Counted from the first letter of the stretch, positions 49,537 through 60,206 are shown. The stretch: DNA of 64,000 nt from Candidatus Altiarchaeota archaeon (GCA_038891095.1 JAWAEV010000001.1:1-64000), one strand, 5' to 3'. Notes: generated by a model not told the origin, from the letters alone. Translations and numbers: made by a program.

Positions 49537-50619
49537 ATGACAAATGTTAGTGTTATAGTAGGCGGTTTTTTCGGAGATGAAGGTAAAGGCAAAATTATTT
49601 CATATCTTGCAAAAAAAGATAAACCAGAAGTGATAGCAAGAGCAGGTGTTGGTCCTAATGCAGGCCATACGGTATATCATAAAGGAAAAAAATTTGGCCT
49701 AAGGCTTATTCCTTCAGGTTTTGTTAATGAGAAAGCAAAACTTTTCATTGGGGCAGGAGTTTTGATTGATGTGGAGAGATTTCTCTATGAGGTTGAGCTA
49801 ACAAATACTTATGGCAGAATTTTTATTGATAAGAGATGTGGGATAATTGAGCAAAAACATAAAGAACTTGACTCAAGTAACAATTTTCTAAAAAAAACTA
49901 TCGGCACTACAGGCTCAGGTTGTGGGCCGGCAAATGCTGATAGAGCAAATAGAAAGTTAAAATTAGCTTCTCAAATTCCTGAGCTTAAGGATTTTCTTAT
50001 TGATGTTCCTTTAGAGCTAAATGATGCTATTGAAAGAGGTGAAAAAATTTTGGTTGAAGCATCTCAAGGCTTTGGATTATCACTTTTTTATGGAACTTAT
50101 CCCCAGGTCACATCTAAGGATACAACAGCTTCAATGGCTTTAGCTGATGTTGGAATTGGACCAACAAAAGTTAAAGAAGTTATAGTTGTCTATAAAGCTT
50201 ACTTAACGAGAGTTGGAGAAGGCGAAATGAGAGAGATGATAACTGAAGAAAATGTTTCAAGATATGATTATTGGTTGGAAATTTTAAATAAAGCAAAGGA
50301 GAGAGGTATAAAAGGTTCAGTGAATGAAATAATTGCAGAATATTTTAATGAGAAAGGAACAGTCACGCAGAGATTAAGACGCATAGGCAACTTTGATTTT
50401 TCATTAGCGAGATATTCAGCAATGATTAATGGTGCAACTCAAATAGCAATAACCTGCTTAGATAGATTATTTCCTGAAGTTAATGGCATGAAAAAATATG
50501 AAAATTTATCTGAAAGAGCAAAATCTTACATAGAGAAAATTCAAAAAGAAGTAAAAGTAAAGATCACTTTAATTTCTACAGGTCCTGAAGCTGGGGATAT
50601 TGTTGATTTGAGAAAATAA
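49537..50619 (+). CDS. purA: Adenylosuccinate synthetase (short archaeal type)
   Basis: [50 protein letters not shown]. Confidence 0.95.
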   Translation: MTNVSVIVGGFFGDEGKGKIISYLAKKDKPEVIARAGVGPNAGHTVYHKGKKFGLRLIPSGFVNEKAKLFIGAGVLIDVERFLYEVELTNTYGRIFIDKRCGIIEQKHKELDSSNNFLKKTIGTTGSGCGPANADRANRKLKLASQIPELKDFLIDVPLELNDAIERGEKILVEASQGFGLSLFYGTYPQVTSKDTTASMALADVGIGPTKVKEVIVVYKAYLTRVGEGEMREMITEENVSRYDYWLEILNKAKERGIKGSVNEIIAEYFNEKGTVTQRLRRIGNFDFSLARYSAMINGATQIAITCLDRLFPEVNGMKKYENLSERAKSYIEKIQKEVKVKITLISTGPEAGDIVDLRK

Positions 50620-50659
50620 AGAGTAATAAAAAGTTAAAAAGAATTTCTATAGTTTAAGA

Positions 50660-51736
50660 ATGATCTCAATAATTGGTGCTGGCCCAGTAGGATGTTTTTC
50701 TGCGATATCTGCTATTGAAAATGGCAACGATGTGGAAATTTTCGAAGCACAAAAAATTGAGAATAGGAAAGTAAAGTGCTCAGGGCTTGTTTCCGTTTCT
50801 GGGATTTTTCAGCTTTCATTATCTTTACCAAACGATTGCATTCTCAATAAAGTTCGTGGAGCAAAAATTTTCTCTCCATCTGGAAAGGAAATTTTAATTA
50901 ATGCTAAAGAAGAGAAAGCCTTTGTTTTAGACAGAAGGAAATTTGATAATTTTCTTTTGAATAGGGCGATAGATAGAGGTGCAGTATTTAAAAATGAAAA
51001 AATTTCAGATTTAAAAAAGATAAAAGGCAAGAGAATTGTATTGGCAACAGGAACAAACTATAATTTGCAAAAAAAATTAAATTTACCAACTCCAAAAAAA
51101 TTTCTCATTGGTGCGCAGTATGAGATGAAAATCTCTTGCGAAAAAGAATTTGTTGAACTGTATTTTGGAAAAAAAATTGCACCAAATTTTTTCTCTTGGA
51201 TTATTCCTATTGATGATAACTATGGCAGAGTAGGTTTATGCACTGAAAAAGAAACAATTTTTTACTTAAAAAATTTTTTGAGAAAATTGAAAAAAAAAGG
51301 TAGGATAAAAAATGAAAAAATTTTTGAGAGAAATTTTGGGATAATTCCAATTTATGACCCAAAAATGAAAACGCAATTTGATAACATTGCCATAGTTGGA
51401 GATGCTGCTGCTCAAGTAAAAGCAACAACTGGTGGCGGGATTATTCTTGGTTGTATTGCTGCAAAATTCTCTCATGATGAGGACTATGAAAAAAAATGGA
51501 GAAAAGAAATTGGTAAGGAGCTATATCTTCATTTACAAATAAGAAAATTTCTAAATAAACTATCTGACAAAAATCTTGAAAGGCTTTTTTCATTAATTGA
51601 TGAGAATAAGGAAATTATTCAGGAGAAAGGCGATATGGATTTGGCATCAAGAATAATTTTTCCCTTAGCAAAAGAACCAAGATTCATTCTAAATTTTCTT
51701 TCAAAATTGCCATATTTTGTGTGTGATTTATTATAA
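50660..51736 (+). CDS. Geranylgeranyl reductase family FAD-dependent oxidoreductase
   Basis: GAGPVG, CSGLVS, LDRRKFD, FFSWIIP, VGDAAAQVKATTGGGI. Confidence 0.88.
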   Translation: MISIIGAGPVGCFSAISAIENGNDVEIFEAQKIENRKVKCSGLVSVSGIFQLSLSLPNDCILNKVRGAKIFSPSGKEILINAKEEKAFVLDRRKFDNFLLNRAIDRGAVFKNEKISDLKKIKGKRIVLATGTNYNLQKKLNLPTPKKFLIGAQYEMKISCEKEFVELYFGKKIAPNFFSWIIPIDDNYGRVGLCTEKETIFYLKNFLRKLKKKGRIKNEKIFERNFGIIPIYDPKMKTQFDNIAIVGDAAAQVKATTGGGIILGCIAAKFSHDEDYEKKWRKEIGKELYLHLQIRKFLNKLSDKNLERLFSLIDENKEIIQEKGDMDLASRIIFPLAKEPRFILNFLSKLPYFVCDLL

Positions 51737-51757
51737 AGTAGCATAATTATATTTAAC

Positions 51758-52033
51758 ATGGAATTATTTACAATTATCTGGGTGAGTATTGGCATATTGC
51801 TTTTATTGTTAATTCCAGGTGTAGCAATGAGTTTTGCAATTTTTCCAAAAAAAGATGATTTAGAATTGCTTTATAGATTCGGGATAAGTCTTGTCTTAGG
51901 TTTCACACCTTTTTTCTTGCTTTACTTTGCTGAAAAAAATTTTTTTATGCCTGTAAATCTTGAAACAACTTCTGCTGCAATTTTATTTGTATTTTTTATT
52001 AGTATGATAATATGGTTTCTCAGGAGGATGTAA
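51758..52033 (+). CDS. Small membrane protein (DUF1616 N-terminal-like)
   Basis: LLIPG.A.SFAIFPKKDDL..L.RFGIS..LG pattern; three TM helices. Confidence 0.65.
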   Translation: MELFTIIWVSIGILLLLLIPGVAMSFAIFPKKDDLELLYRFGISLVLGFTPFFLLYFAEKNFFMPVNLETTSAAILFVFFISMIIWFLRRM

Positions 52034-52047
52034 CTACTCCTATAGAA

Positions 52048-53211
52048 ATGAAAAAAGGTAAGATAATTCGTGACCCAATTCATGGGAATATAAAAGCTGA
52101 TGAGTTAGAGATAAAGCTTATTGACACGCCAGAAATGCAAAGATTGCGGAGAATAAAACAAAATGGTTTTTGCTATTTGATTTATCCTGCAATGACTTCA
52201 AGTAGATTTGAGCATTCCCTTGGAGTTATGCATCTTGCAGGTTTAATTTCTGATCATTTAGGATTGAATAAAGAGCAAAGAAAATTTTTAAGAGTTTCTG
52301 CATTGCTTCATGATATAGGGCATTTTCCATTTTCTCATAGTTCTGAGGAAGTATTGAAAAAATATGGTTTCTCGCACGAGGAAAATTCAGCTGAGATTAT
52401 AACGAAAAGTGAAATTTCAGAAATTTTAGAAGATGAAGGTATTAGCCCTAAGGAAGTGGCAGATTTTATAAAAGGTAAGGGAGAACTATCAAAATTATTA
52501 TCCTCAGAAATTGACATTGATAAGATGGATTATTTAATAAGAGATTCATATTATGCTGGTGTAGCATATGGCGTTATTGACCTACAGAGGGTAATTCATG
52601 GAATAAAAATTTTTGATGATAAAGTTGTGGTAAAAAAAAGTAGTTTAGAGGCAGTTGAATCCTTGCTAATTTCAAGAAATTTGATGTATCAAACAGTTTA
52701 TAGACATCACACAAAGAGAATTGTCGAAAGTATGTTTAAGCATGCATTAGAGTTTCTATTTAAAACAAAAAAATTAAACTACAAAGATTTTGTAAATTTT
52801 GATGATTTTGATATAGTATCTTTGCTTAGAAAATCAAAAGGCTATGGCAAAGAGATGATAGAAAGGATTGATAACAGAGCACTTTTTAAGATTTTTTTTC
52901 AACAGAATGTAAAGGAACTTCCAGAAAATTTTATAAAAAAAATTAAAGAAAATTCTGAGAGCATAGAGAAAAAAATATCAGATGATTTTGGAATTTCTCA
53001 AGGTTATGTTTTGATTGATTTCCCAAATACAAAATTGTCTGAATTCGAAATTGTATTTGAAACAGAAAATAGCTTAAGAAAAATTGATGAAATTTCATCA
53101 CTCGCAAATGCATTGAAAAACTCAGAACAAGAAAAGTTAACATTTTGCATTTATACTCCATTAGAAATGAAGGAAAAATTTAAGGATTTTAACATTGCTA
53201 ATTATTTTTAA
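52048..53211 (+). CDS. HD-domain phosphohydrolase (COG1078, dNTPase-like)
   Basis: IRDPIHG, QRLRRIKQ, SRFEHSLG, LLHDIGHFPFSH, DIDKMDYLIRD, MYQTVYRH. Start moved to the ATG at 52048. Confidence 0.92.
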   Translation: MKKGKIIRDPIHGNIKADELEIKLIDTPEMQRLRRIKQNGFCYLIYPAMTSSRFEHSLGVMHLAGLISDHLGLNKEQRKFLRVSALLHDIGHFPFSHSSEEVLKKYGFSHEENSAEIITKSEISEILEDEGISPKEVADFIKGKGELSKLLSSEIDIDKMDYLIRDSYYAGVAYGVIDLQRVIHGIKIFDDKVVVKKSSLEAVESLLISRNLMYQTVYRHHTKRIVESMFKHALEFLFKTKKLNYKDFVNFDDFDIVSLLRKSKGYGKEMIERIDNRALFKIFFQQNVKELPENFIKKIKENSESIEKKISDDFGISQGYVLIDFPNTKLSEFEIVFETENSLRKIDEISSLANALKNSEQEKLTFCIYTPLEMKEKFKDFNIANYF

Positions 53212-53231
53212 CTTTCAAATTTTGTGAGCAT

Positions 53232-54188
53232 TTAAGAGCTCAATCCTTGAATTATTCCTGCCTCAATGTGGAGAGTGCTCTCACCTATGATTTTTTCCTG
53301 ATAGTTAAATGTTAAAGGCACATAAAATTTTCCTCTTGGAAGATATTTCTTTGAGCAGTTATAAATCCTCACTTCAGTTGTTGGATTTAATGGATCTAAT
53401 ATTATAAAGGTCTCAATTCTATCTGTGTTTTTATTTAAGTCAACTACGCCCTGAGAACAATCCCCTTTCGGAATTAACTCTGTTAATATCAAACTTTTAT
53501 TAAGTTTACTTAAAATTGAAAATTCAAATATGTCTTCTTTGTAAGATATACTTGATGGGTCTACAACGAAATTTTTAAATCCATCAGAAGTTGTTTTAAA
53601 ATCAAAAAAAACAAAAATTCCTGTTTGCCATAAAAAAATCAGGACTAACAAAAAAGCTAAAAAAAGCAGAATTAAGAAAAGTAGAAATGTAAGAACCACT
53701 TTTCTCGAATCAAATTTATGCGATATCTTTATTAATATCAAAATAGGTCTTGCAGAATAGAGTAGAATAAGATACAATGCAAATTTTCCTATAAAAGGTA
53801 AAAATTGTATGAGGCTAGATAATATTAAAGCAGATGACAGCAGTGATAATAAATGGCTCTGAGTTGAAAAATTTCCATATCCATTAAAAATTCTTGCTGA
53901 TATGTAAAGCAAAAAAGAAAGAAAAATAAATAGAATAAGACATAGTGCAGGCATGGAGAAAAGATATAGAAAAGGGGAATAAATAGTTAGACTGTTTATT
54001 AAAATTTTTGATATGAAGTCAATTTCTATGGAGGGATATATAAGTGAGATGGTTAAAATTATAGCAGCATAAATGAAGCTTGCTTTTAGAATATTTCTAA
54101 CTGCCTGAGAAGTTGAACCTCGGTCTTTTTCAGCATTGAAAGTATCATGTGGATAGATTAAAGAATCAAAAAAGAGCACGATATCCAT
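53232..54188 (-). CDS. Yip1-like membrane domain fused to an extracellular pilin-like domain
   Basis: N-terminal P.DTF..EK plus 5 TMs (ARIFNGYGNF). The C-terminal domain resembles the N-terminal domain of 60207-61526. Confidence 0.6.
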   Translation of the reverse strand: MDIVLFFDSLIYPHDTFNAEKDRGSTSQAVRNILKASFIYAAIILTISLIYPSIEIDFISKILINSLTIYSPFLYLFSMPALCLILFIFLSFLLYISARIFNGYGNFSTQSHLLSLLSSALILSSLIQFLPFIGKFALYLILLYSARPILILIKISHKFDSRKVVLTFLLFLILLFLAFLLVLIFLWQTGIFVFFDFKTTSDGFKNFVVDPSSISYKEDIFEFSILSKLNKSLILTELIPKGDCSQGVVDLNKNTDRIETFIILDPLNPTTEVRIYNCSKKYLPRGKFYVPLTFNYQEKIIGESTLHIEAGIIQGLSS

Positions 54189-54222
54189 GTTAGATATTTG
54201 AAATGCAAAATTTAAAACATTG

Positions 54223-55167
54223 CTATGACCTCATAGGTTCCAAAATTTCTATCAACGCCTCAGCAACAGCATTTTTTAAATCCTGAGGATGTAACTTGCC
54301 ATCAAGATAGTAGCGCTCCAATTCATCATAGGAATTAAAAAATATGTCTCCTCCAAATTTCTCTTTGCGTTCAATTTCTATTTTCCCTTTTTTTGGGAAA
54401 ATCAAATATTCACAAATTTGAAGAACTACATTGCTACTTACATCTTTTGGAGGACAATATGCTGATGCAATTTTTTTTCTAATGCTCTCTGGTTTTTCAT
54501 CAACTGCAATTATTGTCTCTGGTTTTGAACTTGACATCTTCTGCTCTGGACCTTGAAGAGAAGATAAAAGTGGTGTATGTATACAAACAAATTTTTTATA
54601 ATTTAATTCTGGCAATATCTCTCTTGCTAACATGTGAATTTTTCTTTGCTCCAAACCACCATGAGCAATGTCAACATCTAAGGCCTTTATATCTGCAATT
54701 TGCATTAAAGGATAGATCACTTGAGAAACTCTTGCGTGCTCTAAATCACGAGCAATTTCCTGCATACTTCTTCTTGCTCTCATAAGTGTTGTCTTTAAAC
54801 CTAATGTTAACACATCTCTTATGTAGTCTCTATTAAATTGGAAATCAGTGCCTTTTATAAATTCTGCCTCCCGCAAGCCAGCCTTCATTAATGTTTCTTT
54901 CCATATCTGCAACTGTTCCTCAATAAATTTTTCATCACCTTTTCTGTTAAGAAATGTATGCAAATCTGCAAGAAGAACTTTGACTTTCAACCCAGCATTT
55001 TGAAAATCAACTTGCTTTTGAATTGCAACAAGAGTGCCGATATGCACAGGGCCAGATACCTCATAACCACAATATGTTATCGCTAATGGCTTTTTCTTAA
55101 GTAATTCATAAAGTTCTTCATGTGTTATAATTTCCTTTGTATTTCTTTCGATTAATGAGAGATCCAT
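54223..55167 (-). CDS. tyrS: Tyrosine--tRNA ligase (archaeal type)
   Basis: YCGYEVSGPVHIG, LADLH, YPLMQIAD, GGLEQRKIH, KMSSSK, LHPQDLK. Start at the ATG at 55167. Confidence 0.96.
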   Translation of the reverse strand: MDLSLIERNTKEIITHEELYELLKKKPLAITYCGYEVSGPVHIGTLVAIQKQVDFQNAGLKVKVLLADLHTFLNRKGDEKFIEEQLQIWKETLMKAGLREAEFIKGTDFQFNRDYIRDVLTLGLKTTLMRARRSMQEIARDLEHARVSQVIYPLMQIADIKALDVDIAHGGLEQRKIHMLAREILPELNYKKFVCIHTPLLSSLQGPEQKMSSSKPETIIAVDEKPESIRKKIASAYCPPKDVSSNVVLQICEYLIFPKKGKIEIERKEKFGGDIFFNSYDELERYYLDGKLHPQDLKNAVAEALIEILEPMRS

Positions 55168-55412
55168 TAAATCACCCTTTCGAGTTCTCCAATTAAATTC
55201 CACAAAATTGTTTTTATATCCACTGGGATACTACTATCGTTAGATATTGTATCTAATTCATATATTGCAGATGTCACTCTAACACCGATATCTTGCTTTT
55301 CATCTTTAAGATCAGAACAAATTTTATTTAACTTGTCTTTAACTCTCTTTGATAATTCTACATTTTCAGAAACTTCTTCTATTTTCTCTATTATTCTGTC
55401 CAAATCTGCCAT
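55167..55412 (-). CDS. UPF0147 family protein
   Basis: VRVTSAIYELDTISNDSSIP.DIKT.LW..IGELE pattern. Confidence 0.8.
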   Translation of the reverse strand: MADLDRIIEKIEEVSENVELSKRVKDKLNKICSDLKDEKQDIGVRVTSAIYELDTISNDSSIPVDIKTILWNLIGELERVI

Positions 55413-55485
55413 TTTATCTGTATTACTTATTAATTTTATTTAAAAAACTATTTAAAAATTTAAATTAGAATATCAGAATGTTGAA

Positions 55486-56115
55486 ATGACAAAACAGACA
55501 AAACATCGCAAAAAAGAGATAATTGCAAAAGGTGCTGAAGCTATTCTTTATAGGGAAGGTGAAAAACTTGTTAAAGATAGAGTTAGGAAAAGGTATAGAT
55601 TAGAGGAAATTGACAAAAAACTCAGAGAGAGAAGGACAAAACACGAAGCAAAAATTTTAAAAAGCGCTAACGAAGTTATTCCCGTACCAAAAATTTTCAA
55701 ATTTTCAGAAAAAGAATGTAAAATTGAGATGGAGTTTCTCTATGGAAAAACACTTAAAGATTTTTTCGAAAGTTGCAGTGAAAACGACATTGTAGAAAAA
55801 AGTAGAAAAATTGGAGCTTTTATAGCAAAGTTACATTCTAAGAATATTGTGCATAATGATCTAACAACATCTAACATGCTTCTTTCCAATAGTGAAATTT
55901 ACTTCATAGATTTTGGCTTAGCTATACACTCAACAAGAATTGAAGATAAAGCCATGGACTTAGTTGTTTTGAAGAAAGCAATTAAAGCGACACATCCAAA
56001 AAAATTTCAAGTTATATGGAAGGAAATTCTGAGAGGGTACAAAACAATAGCCGAAAGATATAGCGAAATTATTGCAAGAATTGAAAATATCGAAAAAAGG
56101 GCAAGATATCTTTAA
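55486..56115 (+). CDS. bud32: KEOPS complex kinase Bud32
   Basis: KGAEA, K.R..K.YR, RT..EA, HNDLTTSN, IDFGL, EDKAMDL, RARY. Confidence 0.93.
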   Translation: MTKQTKHRKKEIIAKGAEAILYREGEKLVKDRVRKRYRLEEIDKKLRERRTKHEAKILKSANEVIPVPKIFKFSEKECKIEMEFLYGKTLKDFFESCSENDIVEKSRKIGAFIAKLHSKNIVHNDLTTSNMLLSNSEIYFIDFGLAIHSTRIEDKAMDLVVLKKAIKATHPKKFQVIWKEILRGYKTIAERYSEIIARIENIEKRARYL

Positions 56116-56117
56116 AT

Positions 56118-57305
56118 TTATCTGTTAAATATCCTTTGCAAGAGCACAGTCGCATAACTCCCTTTTTTTAATATGAATGACAGAGTAACTTTAAACCTTC
56201 TTTTTTTCCATCTATCATTTATCTCATCAACTTGCGCTTCTGAAATTTCAAAATTTTCTGGCATTGCAACAATTTCTCTGTCATAGAGTTTGAAAAAATT
56301 CCCTGTCTCTTTTTGGATATCAAAATCCTTAATGCGTATACCTTCGGAGGATAGCACCTCTTCTACAATTTCTTTTTCAAAATCTGTAAGCTTTACATTA
56401 TGGCTTAACATCTTGAAAGTTCTTGGGATTTTCCTTATCTCATTAGGAGTTAAATTTCTATAGAAAATCAACTCACCTAGGCTATATTTTGAAGTGTAAA
56501 GTTTTCTATTATCTATACATCTCTTCAGAATTAATTTTACGCATTCATTCCATAGATAGCTTTGATATGCAGAAACAAAAATCTCTCTTAAATTTTTAGG
56601 TATCTTTTTATATGCTAAAAGCCAACTCTCTGTCTTTCTATATTCCTCCAAAATTTCTGAAAAAAGTTTGTTCTCTGTTTTCAGAGTTTTTATTTCATTC
56701 CATTTCTTTGCTATTTTCCGCTTCTCTTCCTTTCTCTTCCTATTTTCGTGTTTTGTATAACTTGTGAGGAAAATTTTAACTGCCTCCTCATAATTTTTTT
56801 TCATTATAAATTTCGCAATAAATTTACCGTGGATAACACTCCCAAATCTCTGAGAGCCAAAATAATTCACAAAACCACATTTTTTAACATCATTAGCATT
56901 TTCCTCTATAGCTTTCAATTCTTCATTCTTTATGTCTCTAACTGTAATCATAAATTTATTTCCTTTCAAAAGACCTATTTTTATTGGTTTTTCTACATAT
57001 CCTAAAAATGTTAATTTTAGATTTCTTTCATCTAAATTTTTCAGTTCATATTTTGAAGGTATTGTTAAGTATTGCTTTGTTATTGCGTGTCTATCCTTCA
57101 AACCAGCAATTTTAAATTCAGAAAGAGGAATTTTATTATTTCTTGAAAGATATTTCAAAACAAAAAAAGTTTCTAAGCCTCTTTTCTCAAGAAGGTAAAT
57201 TTTATATTTCGCTTTAGTAGAGCTATTTTCAAGAATTTCAAATTTATTTATCTCCTCAACTTGAAAGTCATCAACTCTTTGCCTAAGTTTCACTTTTGTC
57301 CTCAA
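56118..57305 (-). CDS. truD: tRNA pseudouridine(13) synthase TruD
   Basis: DFQVEE, AGLKDRHAIT.Q, GNKF.I, NYFGSQRFG, SAYQSYLWN, KGSYAT. Confidence 0.94.
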   Translation of the reverse strand: MRTKVKLRQRVDDFQVEEINKFEILENSSTKAKYKIYLLEKRGLETFFVLKYLSRNNKIPLSEFKIAGLKDRHAITKQYLTIPSKYELKNLDERNLKLTFLGYVEKPIKIGLLKGNKFMITVRDIKNEELKAIEENANDVKKCGFVNYFGSQRFGSVIHGKFIAKFIMKKNYEEAVKIFLTSYTKHENRKRKEEKRKIAKKWNEIKTLKTENKLFSEILEEYRKTESWLLAYKKIPKNLREIFVSAYQSYLWNECVKLILKRCIDNRKLYTSKYSLGELIFYRNLTPNEIRKIPRTFKMLSHNVKLTDFEKEIVEEVLSSEGIRIKDFDIQKETGNFFKLYDREIVAMPENFEISEAQVDEINDRWKKRRFKVTLSFILKKGSYATVLLQRIFNR

Positions 57306-58428
57306 TTAAAACTCGCTCATACAAATTAATTAATTTCCCAACAACTTTGTCTTTTGTGAAATTTTCTTCAACTCTAATTCGAGCTTTTTTTCCAAGTTCA
57401 TTAGCAAAAGTTTTATTTGAAAGTATAGAGATTATTGCTTCGCTTAACTGCTTAGAATTCTTTGGTTCAACTAAAATTCCTGCGTCTCCTAAAACAAAAG
57501 GCATTCCAGAAATTTTTGTTGAAATACAAGCAACTCCTGAACTCATTGCCTCAAGTAATGCAATCCCAAATGCTTCCTGTCTTGTGATAGATGGCAAAAC
57601 AAAAACATCTGCAGATCTAAAAATCAATGGCAGCTCATCAGCATTTGCATTTATGAAAGTAATGTCATCTACACCTCTACTTTTTTCTTTTAATTTCTTT
57701 TCCAACGGTCCCGAACCAGAAATTACAAGTTTTGCATTTTTTATTTTTTTCTTCACTTCTTTAAATGCCTCTATGAGATAAGAGATTCCTTTGTATGGAA
57801 CTAATCTGCCAACAAACAAGATTACTTTTTTGTTAGTTAAAGAATATTTTTCTTTTACTTTTCTCAATTTTTCTAGATTTATTTCAGGAGAAAATTTTTT
57901 CTCATCAACAAAATTTGGAATTATCTCAATTTTATTAATAAATTTTCTTAGAATTTCTGATTCATTCACATAATTTGGTGAGGTCGCAATTATAACCTTT
58001 GAATGCTTTAAGAGAACTTCCTGAAAGAAACCATAGAAAAATTTTAGAATTTTGTAATGCAGACCTTCTTTTATTATATCAGCGTGGTATGTCACAATTA
58101 ATGGTTTTTTTCTTATGATAGAGGCAAAAAATGCAAAAAAAGAACTGAATGGATCAGGTAAATGCAGGTGTATTAGATCATAATCTTTCTTTAGTAGATT
58201 TATCAACATGCCTAAAGCAAATGGATCCCTAAAAACTGTAAACAAAATCCTACTGCGATGAATTTCTACACCATGATAAATTTCATATTTAGCACTCTTT
58301 GGAAAATTTGATGAAAGCACAATAACTTTATGTTTCCTTTCAACAAGTCCTTCTGAAATTCCCAATACATTGTTCTCAATGCCACCCGAATGAGGATAAA
58401 AATATTTGGTTATCTGTAAAATTTTCAT
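57283..58428 (-). CDS. GT4 glycosyltransferase
   Basis: MKILQITKYFYP..GGIE, GRLVPYKG, EAFGIALLEAMSSG. Confidence 0.93.
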   Translation of the reverse strand: MKILQITKYFYPHSGGIENNVLGISEGLVERKHKVIVLSSNFPKSAKYEIYHGVEIHRSRILFTVFRDPFALGMLINLLKKDYDLIHLHLPDPFSSFFAFFASIIRKKPLIVTYHADIIKEGLHYKILKFFYGFFQEVLLKHSKVIIATSPNYVNESEILRKFINKIEIIPNFVDEKKFSPEINLEKLRKVKEKYSLTNKKVILFVGRLVPYKGISYLIEAFKEVKKKIKNAKLVISGSGPLEKKLKEKSRGVDDITFINANADELPLIFRSADVFVLPSITRQEAFGIALLEAMSSGVACISTKISGMPFVLGDAGILVEPKNSKQLSEAIISILSNKTFANELGKKARIRVEENFTKDKVVGKLINLYERVLIEDKSET

Positions 58429-58479
58429 TTGATATTAAAAATTTATACTTCAAATCAATATATTTACTTCAACATTAAA

Positions 58480-59211
58480 ATGAATCTTGAAAAAATGAGG
58501 GAAAATCTTATAGGGTTCTTAAGAGAAATTTCCGAGGTTATCTTAACTCTGTTAATAATAATTTTAGTTTCAAGATTAGTTTTTGGAGCAAATATGTTAG
58601 TACCTTTAGTTGCAGTAAGTTCTAAAAGTATGTTACATCAAAGCGATTCATGGAAAAGTTGGTTGATTTCACAAGGTTTTTCAGAAAAAGAAATAGAAAA
58701 ATTTCCAATGCAGAATGGATTTGATAAAGGGGATATGATCTTAGTTATCACACCAAATGGAAAAGGAAAAATTTTTAATTTTGAATTTCCAACATTGTTT
58801 CCAGAAACAAAGTTAGGGGATGTTATAATTTATGAGCGAGATCTTGCCCATTTTGGTGGTGAGCCGATAATTCATAGAGTTGTTGGCATAGCACATATAA
58901 AAAATTGGAATTTAGAACGCATTGATGGCACTCTCAGCTGCATAAGTGCTGAAGAAATAGAGAAGAAATTTATACCTATGGTTGTAGATTGCATAAATAG
59001 AAAGCAAAATTGCCCATATAAGAGCTATCCAAAAAAAGGGGATTTCAACTTTTACATAACAAAAGGAGATAATAATGCTGCAGTTGACCAATGCGGAACA
59101 ATTGCCTACCCAGTAAATGACGAACAACTTCTCGCAAGAGGATGGATACGGCTTCCTTACATTGGTTGGTTAAAACTTCTCTTGAATGAAATTATAAATT
59201 TGTTCTTATAA
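58480..59211 (+). CDS. Signal peptidase I (S26, archaeal/Sec11 type)
   Basis: N-terminal TM, VSSKSM (catalytic Ser region), GDVIIY, PIIHRV, TKGDNN, PYIGW. Start at the ATG at 58480. Confidence 0.85.
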   Translation: MNLEKMRENLIGFLREISEVILTLLIIILVSRLVFGANMLVPLVAVSSKSMLHQSDSWKSWLISQGFSEKEIEKFPMQNGFDKGDMILVITPNGKGKIFNFEFPTLFPETKLGDVIIYERDLAHFGGEPIIHRVVGIAHIKNWNLERIDGTLSCISAEEIEKKFIPMVVDCINRKQNCPYKSYPKKGDFNFYITKGDNNAAVDQCGTIAYPVNDEQLLARGWIRLPYIGWLKLLLNEIINLFL

Positions 59212-59237
59212 TTCCGTGTTGTGTTTATGTGCAAGGG

Positions 59238-59456
59238 TTATGGTAAAATTTTTATCTTCATTGTATTGCCCTGCTTTAGGACTTGGATTTTACCCTCTCT
59301 AGCAAGCCAGCCAACTGCCATTTCAAAAAGTTCCTTCTTACTGACTTTCTTTTTCGCATCAGAAAGTTTCACTTCCCCCTTATTAACAAAATTCACATAG
59401 ACTTCACCAGCAGTTTTTCCTATCTCAGCCCATAAATCAGTTATGTTTGCATTCAT
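59238..59456 (-). CDS. Small winged-helix protein (DUF2582-like)
   Basis: IGKTAGEVY...MAVGWLAREGKI signature. Confidence 0.85.
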   Translation of the reverse strand: MNANITDLWAEIGKTAGEVYVNFVNKGEVKLSDAKKKVSKKELFEMAVGWLAREGKIQVLKQGNTMKIKILP

Positions 59457-59556
59457 TTTTAGATTTTAATTTTTTTAAGGTTATCATTTTATTTTTATAG
59501 AAGTATATTATATGATGCATTTATATAAATTATATAACAAATATTTTTTGTGGTAT

Positions 59557-60144
59557 ATGATGGATATTACATTTGTTTTGTTATCATATATCCTTGGACC
59601 AATCGCATCTGTTCCTTATGCAATTAAATTTTTGAATTTAAGTCCTGTTGAAATTTTTCTTTACTTATCTTTTTTGTATCTTGCTGCTCTTCCTTTAATT
59701 TTTAAAATATTTGAATTTTTCAGACACAAAGAAATTTATGAGGAAAGTATAATAAGAAAAATTTGTAGAGTATGTGATATAAAAGCAAAGGAGGAGATTG
59801 AAAAAGTTAGAAAAACAGGTAATGTGTTGATAGAAAATTTTGAAAATAAGTTGGGACATTTAGGTTTTTATGTTGCAATTTCAATATTCACATTTTTATT
59901 TGGAATTTTTCTTGCCTCAATTCTTGCTTATTTTTTGAAGATTAGAAAAGATAGGGCAATGTTATGCATTTCAATAGGGGCACTCATAGGAAATTTTTTT
60001 TGGGTTTTGGTTATAACATACTCATTACCAAGGCTTCAATCTGAATTTACGCTTATTCTCTTTATTCTTGCATTTCTGTTATATGGAAAAAGAAGGGAAA
60101 TTGAAATTTTAAGAAAAGTTTCAGGAAAATTATTACATTCATAG
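59557..60144 (+). CDS. Uncharacterised membrane protein (small multidrug export-like)
   Basis: About 5 TM helices, ASVPYA, GIFLASILAYFL. Start likely 59557 rather than 59512. Confidence 0.55.
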   Translation: MMDITFVLLSYILGPIASVPYAIKFLNLSPVEIFLYLSFLYLAALPLIFKIFEFFRHKEIYEESIIRKICRVCDIKAKEEIEKVRKTGNVLIENFENKLGHLGFYVAISIFTFLFGIFLASILAYFLKIRKDRAMLCISIGALIGNFFWVLVITYSLPRLQSEFTLILFILAFLLYGKRREIEILRKVSGKLLHS

Positions 60145-60206
60145 ATTTTTCATAACATTTCAGAACTTTTAGCCTTTTTTAGTTTTTTATTTTATATAAA
60201 TATATA

